Under the pieces are notes generated by a model that saw only the letters and a list, made by a program, of their open reading frames with translations, made no database searches and was not told where the DNA came from. From Deferribacterales bacterium (GTDB taxonomy: Bacteria > Chrysiogenota > Deferribacteres > Deferribacterales > Geovibrionaceae), in assembly GCA_050251945.1 (NCBI GenBank), contig JBFWLW010000003.1:224001-288000 (forward strand): 64,000 bases of DNA. Direction: 5' to 3'. The translations under genes and the position numbers were made by a program. The stretch's first letter is position 1, and each line of letters starts with the position of its first letter. Shown here piece after piece: positions 29,095-38,706 of the stretch.

Positions 29095-31344
29095 CTATTT
29101 TTTTGCAATGAGCTGTTCGATTCGTTTGATGAGTTCTTTGACAAGCAGAGGCTTAAGCAGAACCACGTGTTCGCTCTCGTCGAAGTTGTCCCTTTTATGT
29201 GTTTCGCCGACATAGCCGGTGGTGAATATCATCTTCACATCCGGATTGATGGCGCTCATTTGAGAATATGCCTCTATGCCGTCCATAACCGGCATCACGA
29301 TATCACTTATGACAAGGTCTATGCCGCTGTGCTGCTTTTTATATATATCGAGCGCCTCTTTACCGTTTGCAGCCTCAATGACCTTATATCCGTAGGCATC
29401 AAGTGCGTTCACGAGGCTTTCGCGCACCATCTTTTCATCTTCGATAAGGAGGATAACTGCGCTCTTTGTTGATTTGACGTCAATCTCCTCTTTAACTTCT
29501 TCAGGCTTCTGCTCTGTCACAGGCAGCTTTATGATGAATTCCGTACCGACCCCTATCTCACTCTGGCACTCTATCATGCCGTGGTGGCGGTTTATAATAT
29601 CGCTAACGATGTAAAGCCCAAGCCCGGTTCCTTTGCCTTCCTCTTTTGTGGTATAGAACGGCTCGAATATCTTTCTGAGCTTTTTCTCTTCTATGCCGCT
29701 TCCGTTGTCTTTAACACTTATGACCGCGTACTCTTTAAAGCCGCCGCCGGCTTCTTTGCTGCTAATCATAAGCCTGTCGGTGGATATGGTAAGTATCCCG
29801 TCTTTTGTCACGGCGTCCCTTGCGTTTGTGGCAAGGTTGATTATCACCTGTTCCAACTGTACGGGATCGCCGATTACATTTATCTCTTCCGGACTCAGTT
29901 CTTTCCGTATTTCCAGTTTATTACCTATCACCATGGAAAGAAATCCGCTGACGGTTTCAACAAGATCGTTCAGGTTAAGAACTCTTTCAGACTGCATCTG
30001 TTTGCGGGAGAAGGTAAGCAGGTTCTGCGTCAGGCTTTTCGCTCTTATTGTAAGCTCGACTATCTTATCGACGTATATATAAAAACTGCTTTCAGGTTCC
30101 ATTTTGCGTTTCATGATGGAAGCAAAACCACCTATCGCTGTGAGCATGTTGGTGAAATCGTGAGCGATACCGCTTGTAAGTTCGCCCACCGTCTCCATCT
30201 TCTGCGCATGCATAAGCTGGCTTTTGATACGCAGTCTCTCTGTGATATCCTCTTCAACGATTACAATATTCTGAAGTTCGCTTTTCTCGTTCAGAACAGG
30301 GGAAACGGAACCGAGAACAACGTATTCCTCGCCGTCTCTGCCAAGTCTGTTGTATTCACCGACCCAGCTCTGTCCGCCGACGCAGTTTTTCAATGCGTTT
30401 CTGAAATCGTCTTTTTTCTCATTGCTGACTATGTTGCCAAGGATTTCCGCGCCTATAGAGTCACTTCTTGATCTTCCTGTCATTGTGCAGTATGCCTTAT
30501 TCACATAGAAGATCTTGTAATCGTTGTCAGTTATGATTACAGACGAAGCGCTGGCGTCTATCGCTTTGTTAAGTATCATCGCCTGCTGTTTTGCAGATTC
30601 TTTTTCTGTTATATCGTGAATAATGCCGAGAATTGCGGTCTTTCCCTCTGTCTTAACGGACTGGAACACTGCTTCCGCAGGATATACTGTTCCGTCGCTC
30701 CTTTTCATGCGCGTGTAAAACGTTTTTCTTGATTTGAACTTGTCCCATCCGCTCATAAAGCCAACGGGCATTACGTCGGTCATTATATCGTTCATACACA
30801 TGCTCTTAAGCTGTTCTTCGGAATATTTAAGGTTACGCGCTGCCTTGCGGTTTGCAAATGTAACGCGGAAATCGGAACCGTTAAGCACATATATCTCATC
30901 CTCTGCGGAATTGATTATGTTTTGCAGTTCCTTTATCTCCTGTTTTGCTTTTTTCCCTTCGACTATCTCTCTGTATCCCTTGACCTCTCTTTTTATGACA
31001 GGGCAGAGACGTATGAGGTTGTCAGTTGTTACATAGTCAGAGGCTCCGGAACTTATGAATCCCGCTGCCTTTTCCTGTTTGTCTTTGTTTGTGATCAAAA
31101 TGAGAGGTAGATCCTGATCTATAGATTTCAGTATGGCAAGCGCCTGAGTGACGTAAACATCACCCAGGGCTGTATCTGCAAGAGCGATAAGCACATTTCC
31201 GGAAAGAAGTTTCTCCGAAAAAAAGCTCAGATCGCTGGTCATTTCAAAGATATGGTCACTGCATACAGTTTTAAGGTACTCCTGCACAGCGGTGCAGAGC
31301 TGTTTATCAGCAGTAAGAAAGATGATACCAGTGCGGTTTTTCAT
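29095..31344 (-). CDS. Hybrid sensor histidine kinase (degenerate REC-PAS-PAS-HisKA-HATPase-REC)
   Basis: GIAHDFTN, NARDA, DNGSG, FEPFYTTK, GTGLGL motifs; C-terminal ISDIVMP. Confidence 0.93.
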   Translation of the reverse strand: MKNRTGIIFLTADKQLCTAVQEYLKTVCSDHIFEMTSDLSFFSEKLLSGNVLIALADTALGDVYVTQALAILKSIDQDLPLILITNKDKQEKAAGFISSGASDYVTTDNLIRLCPVIKREVKGYREIVEGKKAKQEIKELQNIINSAEDEIYVLNGSDFRVTFANRKAARNLKYSEEQLKSMCMNDIMTDVMPVGFMSGWDKFKSRKTFYTRMKRSDGTVYPAEAVFQSVKTEGKTAILGIIHDITEKESAKQQAMILNKAIDASASSVIITDNDYKIFYVNKAYCTMTGRSRSDSIGAEILGNIVSNEKKDDFRNALKNCVGGQSWVGEYNRLGRDGEEYVVLGSVSPVLNEKSELQNIVIVEEDITERLRIKSQLMHAQKMETVGELTSGIAHDFTNMLTAIGGFASIMKRKMEPESSFYIYVDKIVELTIRAKSLTQNLLTFSRKQMQSERVLNLNDLVETVSGFLSMVIGNKLEIRKELSPEEINVIGDPVQLEQVIINLATNARDAVTKDGILTISTDRLMISSKEAGGGFKEYAVISVKDNGSGIEEKKLRKIFEPFYTTKEEGKGTGLGLYIVSDIINRHHGMIECQSEIGVGTEFIIKLPVTEQKPEEVKEEIDVKSTKSAVILLIEDEKMVRESLVNALDAYGYKVIEAANGKEALDIYKKQHSGIDLVISDIVMPVMDGIEAYSQMSAINPDVKMIFTTGYVGETHKRDNFDESEHVVLLKPLLVKELIKRIEQLIAKK

Positions 31345-31395
31345 TTTGATAATCTAACCAGCTCCGGCAATACACCGGACGACAGCATCTGTTCG

Positions 31396-32187
31396 CTACT
31401 CTTCGTCTGTAAGCTCTCTATATCCGAATTTTTTCGAGAGAACTTTCGCAGCCTCAAGCACCATAGGGGCAACACTGTCCCTGATGGAATCCATAGGCAT
31501 CCTTTCCGCAGGGGCGGAAACGCTTATGCCTGCAATTATATTGCCCATGAAGTCTTTGATAGGTGCGCCGACACAGCGGACACCCAGTTCATATTCTTCA
31601 TTATCTACAGCATACCCGTTTCTTTTTATCTCGTCCAGCTCGTCTTTAAGCTGGTCAAAATTCTTTATACTGTTTGCGGTTATCTTTTTGAACTCGCCTG
31701 AGTAAAGCTTTTCAAGCTCCATCGGATCATAATAGGCAAGCTGAGCTTTGCCGGTTGCGGTTGCGTATGCCGGTCCGACATTTCCTATCCGCGGCAGAAC
31801 TCGCACAGCCTGTTCCGTTTCAATAACGTTCAGATACACAACGTTGCCTTCACGCAGTACGCTGATGTATGCAGATTCGTTTGTATCGTTTTTCAGTTGC
31901 TGAAGAACCTGTATGGATATTTCTATCAGGTTCAGCTTGTTTATGTACGCCTGCGATATCTGGAAAGTTTTAACACCCAGACGGAAGTTTCCGGTATATC
32001 TGTTGTGTTCGACATACCCGAGCATTTCCAGTGTCGCGAGGAGCTTGTTGACATTGCTTCTGGTGAGGTTCAGCGTAGACACCACGTCTGTTATACTGAG
32101 TTCATTGTCGCTGTCGCCAAGAAGTTCCAGTATATCAATGGCATTGCTCACCGCCTGCACAGCATATTCAGATTTTTCCCTTTTCAT
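31396..32187 (-). CDS. IclR-family transcriptional regulator
   Basis: VQAVSNAIDILE HTH; ATATGKAQLA; GYAVDNEEYELGVRCVGAPI. Confidence 0.93.
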   Translation of the reverse strand: MKREKSEYAVQAVSNAIDILELLGDSDNELSITDVVSTLNLTRSNVNKLLATLEMLGYVEHNRYTGNFRLGVKTFQISQAYINKLNLIEISIQVLQQLKNDTNESAYISVLREGNVVYLNVIETEQAVRVLPRIGNVGPAYATATGKAQLAYYDPMELEKLYSGEFKKITANSIKNFDQLKDELDEIKRNGYAVDNEEYELGVRCVGAPIKDFMGNIIAGISVSAPAERMPMDSIRDSVAPMVLEAAKVLSKKFGYRELTDEE

Positions 32188-32297
32188 CCCTGTCTCCGTA
32201 TGCTTTCTGCATAACATTGTACTATTTTACGACTATATTTATCTTTGCAAATAAATACAGCTTCGTCAACACAATCTTTTACTATATATATGTATGA

Positions 32298-33524
32298 CTA
32301 CAGGGCAAACTTCTCAGTATAGTCATAGCTTTCCAACATCACTTTGTTGAACTCCTCAAAACTTATCTGCAGCAAACCGAAACAGTCCGCTATCTCGCAT
32401 ACATCGTCGCTTTCATAGCATTTAACGGTTTTGAGCAGCAATCCCAGATCTCCCTCCTGTTTTGTAACGGCAATCTTAACCTCCTCGTCTACGTTAAACT
32501 CCTTTACGACATCATTTATCTCTCTGTTGAATATAACGTCCAGCAGAGACATAAGCCCGACCAGATAAGCGCTGTCCGCTTTTTTCTTGATCCTTGGGCT
32601 GACCTGACATAAGCGCTCCATTGTCTTTGCACGAACCTGCGCCGTTATAAGCACCGGATTGCTCTGACTGTCGTTGTTGGGACCCGCATAGAGTATAAGA
32701 TACAGCCACTTCGTCAGATTCACCCGCCCAAGCATTGCCATTGCATGTTTTATTGAAGTTATAACACCCCGGGTGAAAAACGCAGAGGAATTCATAAATT
32801 TGAGCAAATTGAGATAGAGATCGGGATAGCTTTTTATCACCTTCTCAAGCTCGTTGGGTTCCGCATCACCTCTGAGCATGTTGATAAGCTGTATTGTAGC
32901 GGCTCTCGAAGGATCCACTGATTTTTGAGAGATCACCACAGGCTTTGCGAAGTAGTAGCCCTGAAACAGGTTGAAGCCCATTTTTTGACAGCTTTCGTAC
33001 TCTTCGCGTGTTTCGACTTTTTCCGCCAGCTTTTTAGCCTTCGTACCAGAAAGCGCTCTAAGGTTTTGTTCCAGACTGGTCTTGTCTGAAAGCATGTAGT
33101 CGACTTTTATATAATCGACAATGGGAAAAAGCTCTTCAAACGTACTCATATAATTCTGCGTGAAATCCACGTCATCAAGGGCGAACTTATATCCTTTGCC
33201 GATATAGTAGCGTATCTTATCCAAAAGCTTGCGGCTCACCACTGTCGATTCAAGTATCTCAATGACAAAACTCTCTTTTGGCAAAAGGTCTATCGCACCG
33301 TCAAGAATTGTGCTTTCTTCGGCGTTTATGAATCCCTTTTTTCCTCCGAGCAGTTTTTCAAGCCCGAAGTTCTGCATCGCGTTTATGAGAACTCTTGCGG
33401 TTGCAGCCGCATTGTCCGTTACAGAAGCCCCTGTATGCCCCTGACTTCTGTAAAGGATCTCATACGCGAAGATAAGCCCTTTTTCATCAAGGATGGGCTG
33501 TCTTCCTATATAAAAATCACTCAT
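32298..33524 (-). CDS. EAL plus HDOD domain protein
   Basis: GRQPI, YEILYR, ALDD, LAEKVET, FQGYYF motifs; LLKFMNS...GLMSLLD HDOD-like C-terminus. Confidence 0.9.
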   Translation of the reverse strand: MSDFYIGRQPILDEKGLIFAYEILYRSQGHTGASVTDNAAATARVLINAMQNFGLEKLLGGKKGFINAEESTILDGAIDLLPKESFVIEILESTVVSRKLLDKIRYYIGKGYKFALDDVDFTQNYMSTFEELFPIVDYIKVDYMLSDKTSLEQNLRALSGTKAKKLAEKVETREEYESCQKMGFNLFQGYYFAKPVVISQKSVDPSRAATIQLINMLRGDAEPNELEKVIKSYPDLYLNLLKFMNSSAFFTRGVITSIKHAMAMLGRVNLTKWLYLILYAGPNNDSQSNPVLITAQVRAKTMERLCQVSPRIKKKADSAYLVGLMSLLDVIFNREINDVVKEFNVDEEVKIAVTKQEGDLGLLLKTVKCYESDDVCEIADCFGLLQISFEEFNKVMLESYDYTEKFAL

Positions 33525-33643
33525 CTCGTCTCCTTTCTTGTGTATATGTTATAAAAGACGGATTTACCACATTTAAGTTAAAATCTTAGTTGTGCGTTTT
33601 CACACTAATATTGTACTATATTACCACTTTTGGGAGGTATTTT

Positions 33644-34711
33644 ATGTCATCAGATGTATTTTTTTCATCAATTGATAGTAAAAAGCACAAAAGCCCGCTT
33701 ATGAAAATTTCTAAGCTATTAAGCAAATGCGACCCAAACAACTATTTTACAAAAGGCGATCTTATTGCTGTCAAAACACATTTCGGGGAATATGGAAACA
33801 CAGCATTTATACGTCCCGTATTCCTTCGCCCTGTGCTGGATATTTTAAACCATCTCGGAACAAAGCCGTTCCTTACGGACACTAACACACTTTACGTCGG
33901 TATGCGCACGAATTCCATAGACCATCTGCACAATGCCACCATGAACGGTTTTAATTATTCTACTCTCCAAACCCCTGTAATAATTGCGGACGGATTGAGG
34001 GGCGATAACTCTGTGGAAGTGCCTGTAAAAGGGGAGCTTCTTTCAGAGGTGATGCTTGCCGCTGAAATAGCCTCCGCAGACGGCATGATGGTTGTATCAC
34101 ACTTCAAAGGGCATGAGGTTTCAGGATTCGGCGGAGCAATAAAGAATATCTCAATGGGATGCGCCTGCCGAAAAGGGAAACTTGATATGCATTCCGATTC
34201 ACACCCTTCGGTTGATCAGGAAACATGCACGTCCTGCGGACGCTGCCTGACCTTCTGTGCTTCAAATGCCATAACTATGAGCCCCAAAGCATTCATCACA
34301 GAAAAATGCACCGGATGCGCCATGTGTATAAGCGTGTGTCCCCATACTGCTATAAAGATAAACTGGAACGCTTCTTCAGCGACCACGCAGAAAAAGATGG
34401 CAGAATACGCCGCCGGAGTTTTCAATGCGCTTGACAGAAAACTTATTTTCCTCAGCATCATCCTGTCGGTTTCACCAGCATGCGACTGTTACCCCGGCAA
34501 CGACAGACCAGTGGTCGCGGATATCGGTTTTGCTGCCTCTGCAGACCCAGTGGCTCTGGATAAAGCGTGTCATGATCTCGTTATTAAGGCTTACGGCGGG
34601 AAAGACCCGTTTAAGGAGAAATATCCGGATGTTGATTCTGCAGTGCAGCTTGCCCATGCCGAAAAACTTGGCATAGGCACAGCCGACTACAGACTTATAG
34701 AAGTGGATTAA
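33644..34711 (+). CDS. DUF362-domain Fe-S protein
   Basis: KTHFGEYGN, IADGLRG, SHFKGH...GGAIKN, two CxxCxxCxxxC motifs, CDC, DPVALD. Confidence 0.88.
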   Translation: MSSDVFFSSIDSKKHKSPLMKISKLLSKCDPNNYFTKGDLIAVKTHFGEYGNTAFIRPVFLRPVLDILNHLGTKPFLTDTNTLYVGMRTNSIDHLHNATMNGFNYSTLQTPVIIADGLRGDNSVEVPVKGELLSEVMLAAEIASADGMMVVSHFKGHEVSGFGGAIKNISMGCACRKGKLDMHSDSHPSVDQETCTSCGRCLTFCASNAITMSPKAFITEKCTGCAMCISVCPHTAIKINWNASSATTQKKMAEYAAGVFNALDRKLIFLSIILSVSPACDCYPGNDRPVVADIGFAASADPVALDKACHDLVIKAYGGKDPFKEKYPDVDSAVQLAHAEKLGIGTADYRLIEVD

Positions 34712-36258
34712 TTTTCAATCTTAGTGAGCTTACCGCCTCCTATGATGCGGTAGGCTCTGCTTTCTCTTTTAATTCCGTCAGCGGTCTCTCTTATGTTTAA
34801 AAGATATGTTCCGCTGCCGCCGACTTTTCTTTTTTCTATGAATTGTATAAAGTCGTGTCCGATGAAATCGCTCATTGACGCAGGCTTGTTGAAATCTTTT
34901 GCAAATACTGATGCAAACTCTTCTGCCTCCGGCTGGTCTGTCAGTATCATATCACTGACAACGTATGTATTTTTTGAAAACTCACCGTACTCACCCGTAA
35001 GATATCTCTTGCTTACTGTGTCAACGGCGTTCACTATAATTGACTTGTCCGGTCTGGGCGAATAGTATCTCATAAAAGGAAGTATCTTAAGCACTTGCTC
35101 CTGAGTACCGCCTATGACATAAGAAAGGGGCTGTCCGCCTGTCTTCCCTTTAAACTCTTTAAGTCTGCCCTGATAATCCTTTTCCTGAACGTTGAAAAGC
35201 ATAAACTGTGCTCTGTCTTTGTATCTGTCTGCGATATCGGATGCTGTGTCTCTGTATCCCTCGCTGTAACCCAGAGCAATCACCTTTGCGCCCATGCTGA
35301 CTGCAATGTCGGCAGCTTTTGTCATATTTTCTTTTCTGTTGGACGAAAAGTCATATGTGCTGTTTCCTGCAGTTATAGTTGCCGCTCCTGCATCTATGAC
35401 ATAATCATAAAAGCCTCTGTCGCCTTTGAAATCAAGCTCAACGTTTATCTTCTGTTTGCTTATGGTATAAAGCATCGCTTCAACTATCTCCGGATTCTGG
35501 AAACTGTTCACAACGTTCACCACAACTTTTCCCTTGGTAAGAACAGGCTTAGACTGCTCTTTCACAGGTTCGGGTTTAGTTATCTCCGGTTCTGCCGCCG
35601 GCTCCGGTATTTTTTCCTCTCTGACTCTGGGAGCCATTGAAACTTCCGGCACCTCAGGTACTGCCGCAACAACAGGGGAGGGGACATGATTTTCCAATTT
35701 AGAAGTGGTCTTTACCACAGGCTGAAGATCAAAAACGCTTTCCGGTTTTTTCACTGTCTTTCTTTCAATACATTCTCTGACGTTTTCACTGTCAACAGGC
35801 AGTTTTTCCTGTGAGCAGTACAGGCGGTAAGCCTTCACAGCTTTATCATCCATCTCCTGTCCGCTAAGGTATTCTTTCTGAACAGCAGCAACTTCTTCAT
35901 CTTTGCTCTTCTTTGCAGCATCAAGCGTCCACAGGTGTGCGTTTATCTTCATAAACCTGTCAAAATAGCTGTCGTCCAGATTGTCCTGAAGCAGTTTATA
36001 CCCTTTTTCAAGCTCACCCTGTCTGACATAATACCGGCCGAGGATTACTCCGGCATTCTTTGCCGCTCCTGTGTCCTCACTGATAGTGAGTTCTTTAAGC
36101 TTCCAGACATCGGTTGCGTTCAGGTCTTTGATGGCGTAATACTCGCGATTGAAGATTATAAGTTCTCCTGCTGCGTATGCGCTAATAGAGCCTGCTGTCA
36201 TTATCAGCATTGTGAATAAGAGTATATGTCCTCTGAATCGGCGTGTCATATCTGACAT
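34708..36258 (-). CDS. Exported hypothetical protein, possibly degenerate LpoA/periplasmic-binding fold
   Basis: 516-aa ORF with signal peptide (SAYA), Pro/Glu-rich linker, C-terminal F..DF.KP....GHD. Confidence 0.65.
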   Translation of the reverse strand: MSDMTRRFRGHILLFTMLIMTAGSISAYAAGELIIFNREYYAIKDLNATDVWKLKELTISEDTGAAKNAGVILGRYYVRQGELEKGYKLLQDNLDDSYFDRFMKINAHLWTLDAAKKSKDEEVAAVQKEYLSGQEMDDKAVKAYRLYCSQEKLPVDSENVRECIERKTVKKPESVFDLQPVVKTTSKLENHVPSPVVAAVPEVPEVSMAPRVREEKIPEPAAEPEITKPEPVKEQSKPVLTKGKVVVNVVNSFQNPEIVEAMLYTISKQKINVELDFKGDRGFYDYVIDAGAATITAGNSTYDFSSNRKENMTKAADIAVSMGAKVIALGYSEGYRDTASDIADRYKDRAQFMLFNVQEKDYQGRLKEFKGKTGGQPLSYVIGGTQEQVLKILPFMRYYSPRPDKSIIVNAVDTVSKRYLTGEYGEFSKNTYVVSDMILTDQPEAEEFASVFAKDFNKPASMSDFIGHDFIQFIEKRKVGGSGTYLLNIRETADGIKRESRAYRIIGGGKLTKIEN

Positions 36259-36799
36259 TTTCCCACTCCAAATGTTTTTTCACTATGGTTATCTTTGATG
36301 CAAACAGTTCCGCCTCTGCATTCTCACCTTTGTAAAGAACCCAGACGCTGCGCTTGTCCGCAAGATTTTCTGTGAATTTAAGTATTTCAGCAGTCTTCGC
36401 CACTCCCCGCGAGAGGATTGTAGCAAATTTTCTGTTCTTTATATTTTCGGCACGAGAGGTAATAACTTCAACATTATCAAGTTCAAGTTCCTTTGCCGCT
36501 TCTTCTACGAATTTACATTTCTTTGCTATGCTGTCCACAAGAGTGAATTTTATGTCTGGGAACATTATAGCTAGAATAATTCCCGGAAAACCTCCGCCTG
36601 TTCCGATATCGCAGACCGGTGATTTCAGAAGTTTCTTTCTTTCAGTGAAAAGCAGAAAACTGTCAAGGACATGCTTTCTGTAAAAATCATCTTTATCCTT
36701 TATTGCTGTGACGTTCAGTACGGCATTGGCATGTATCTCATAGAATTGTTCTATCTTCTTAAGTTGTTCATGGGTGAACGGAAAATACTGTTCTATCAT
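36182..36799 (-). CDS. rsmG: 16S rRNA m7G527 methyltransferase RsmG (GidB)
   Basis: KHVLDS, DIGTGGGFPG, DSIAKK, RAE motifs; follows mnmG. Confidence 0.93.
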   Translation of the reverse strand: MIEQYFPFTHEQLKKIEQFYEIHANAVLNVTAIKDKDDFYRKHVLDSFLLFTERKKLLKSPVCDIGTGGGFPGIILAIMFPDIKFTLVDSIAKKCKFVEEAAKELELDNVEVITSRAENIKNRKFATILSRGVAKTAEILKFTENLADKRSVWVLYKGENAEAELFASKITIVKKHLEWENVRYDTPIQRTYTLIHNADNDSRLY

Positions 36800-38655
36800 T
36801 TTTTCCCCATAATATAAATGTGCAGAAGAGAAACCGCAGCAGGGGTCATCCCCTGTATCCGTCCAGCCTGCCCAAGAGTTTCGGGACGAATAGCTTTCAG
36901 CTTGTCCTTATATTCTTTCCGCAAACCCTGTATGCTGTCGAAATCCATATCATCCGGTATGCGTATCTTCTCTATCCTGTCAAACTTGTCAATCTCTTCC
37001 TGCTGTTTATCCAGATAACCCTCATATTTAACGGCTATTTCAACCTGTTCCGCAACCCGTGCGTTGTCAGTTCCGCCGTAAAGGACTTTCAGCTTTTCAT
37101 AATCCATTTCGGGGCGGCGCAGGAGTTCTTTAGCTGTTACACCTGTTCTCACCTGAAATCCAAACTGTTCGAGTATACTGTTTGTCTCTTTATTGGGGTT
37201 AACATTTATCTTGCTTATGCGGTCAAAATCCTGCTCAAACTCGGCTTTCTCCGCATGAAACCTGTCATATCTCGTTTTACTGATAAGCCCTAGGGCGTAT
37301 CCCTTCTCAATGAGCCTGAATTCTGCATTGTCTTCTCTAAGCCACAGTCTGTATTCCGCTCTGGAACTGAACATTCTGTAGGGTTCGTCAACTCCCTTAT
37401 TCACAAGGTCGTCACACATAACCCCTATATAGCTTTCATTTCTTTGCAAAATCATCGGCTCTTTGCTGTCAAGCGCCAGTACAGCGTTTATCCCCGCCAC
37501 AAGCCCCTGAGCCGCCGCTTCCTCATATCCGCTGGTTCCGTTAATCTGACCTGCAAAATACAAACCGCTTATAAGTTTCGTTTCCAGTGTGGGTTTAAGC
37601 GCAGTGGGTTGTACAAAATCATATTCAATCGCGTACGCAGGGCGGACGAACTCAACGTTCTCAAGACCCTCAACACTCCTGTACATTGCGATCTGAACAT
37701 CAATGGGGAGTGATGATGAAAAACCGTTTGCATACCATTCTTTTGAACGAAGACCTTCCGGCTCAAGAAAGATCTGATGCCTTGTCTTTTCGGGGAATTT
37801 TTTAACCTTATCCTCTATTGAAGGGCAGTATCTGGGACCGACACCCTGAATAATACCTGCATACAGAGGCGAGCGGTGCATATTGTTACGGATAATTTCG
37901 TGTGTTCTCTCATTAGTATATGTTATGTAGCAGGGAACCTGCGGAAGCTTTATCTTTTTTGTCTCAAAAGAGAAGGGAAGGGGAGGATTATCGCCGCCCT
38001 GTGCCTCAAGTTTTGAGAAATCTATCGTCGAAAAATCCAGTCTGGCAGGTGTTCCCGTTTTAAGTCTTTTCGTTTCAAAACCAAGTCTGTGCAGTGAATA
38101 TACCAACTCAACCGAGGCAAATTCATTCATTCTTCCGGCTTCATAGTGCTTGTCGCCGATATGTATGAGACCTTTCAGAAAAGTTCCTGTGGTAAGAACA
38201 ACTTTTTCAGACCGGTATAGCATCCCGGTATCACTGATAACACCAATTACCTTACCGTTTTCGGCGGAAACCTCATGAACAAGCCCTTGTTTCAAGTCAA
38301 GCATTGGCTCCTGCATTATAACTTCCAGCATACGCTGGCGATAAAGTTCTTTATCTGCCTGCGCTCGGCTGCTGCGAACAGCGGGACCCTTTTTCATATT
38401 AAGAACACGAAACTGAATACCGGTTTCATCCGTATTCTTTGCCATCTCTCCGCCGAGAGCGTCGATATCTTTAACGATATTGCCTTTAGCCAAACCGCCA
38501 ATGGCAGGATTACAGCTCATCTGCGCCAAAGATTCCACAGAAATTGTAAACAGCAGTGTTTTCGCACCCATTCTGGCAGATGCTAAAGCTGCTTCACATC
38601 CTGCATGCCCTGCGCCTACAACTATCACGTCGTATTTTTTGTCATAAACCAACAT
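36796..38655 (-). CDS. mnmG: tRNA modification enzyme MnmG (GidA)
   Basis: GAGHAGCEA, MSCNPAIGG, GPRYCPSIEDK and AGQINGTSGYEEAAAQG motifs. Confidence 0.98.
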   Translation of the reverse strand: MLVYDKKYDVIVVGAGHAGCEAALASARMGAKTLLFTISVESLAQMSCNPAIGGLAKGNIVKDIDALGGEMAKNTDETGIQFRVLNMKKGPAVRSSRAQADKELYRQRMLEVIMQEPMLDLKQGLVHEVSAENGKVIGVISDTGMLYRSEKVVLTTGTFLKGLIHIGDKHYEAGRMNEFASVELVYSLHRLGFETKRLKTGTPARLDFSTIDFSKLEAQGGDNPPLPFSFETKKIKLPQVPCYITYTNERTHEIIRNNMHRSPLYAGIIQGVGPRYCPSIEDKVKKFPEKTRHQIFLEPEGLRSKEWYANGFSSSLPIDVQIAMYRSVEGLENVEFVRPAYAIEYDFVQPTALKPTLETKLISGLYFAGQINGTSGYEEAAAQGLVAGINAVLALDSKEPMILQRNESYIGVMCDDLVNKGVDEPYRMFSSRAEYRLWLREDNAEFRLIEKGYALGLISKTRYDRFHAEKAEFEQDFDRISKINVNPNKETNSILEQFGFQVRTGVTAKELLRRPEMDYEKLKVLYGGTDNARVAEQVEIAVKYEGYLDKQQEEIDKFDRIEKIRIPDDMDFDSIQGLRKEYKDKLKAIRPETLGQAGRIQGMTPAAVSLLHIYIMGKK

Positions 38656-38675
38656 TATCCACCACAAGAAGCCGA

Positions 38676-38691
38676 TGTTTCACGTGAAACA
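38676..38691. promoter_or_regulatory. parS centromere site (perfect)
   Basis: TGTTTCACGTGAAACA in the mnmE-mnmG spacer. Confidence 0.93.
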
Positions 38692-38697
38692 TTCAAC

Positions 38698-38706
38698 TTA
38701 TCCACA
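38698..38706 (+). promoter_or_regulatory. DnaA box (perfect)
   Basis: TTATCCACA 6 bp from parS; a 1-mismatch TTATCCACC lies at 38655-38663. Confidence 0.6.
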
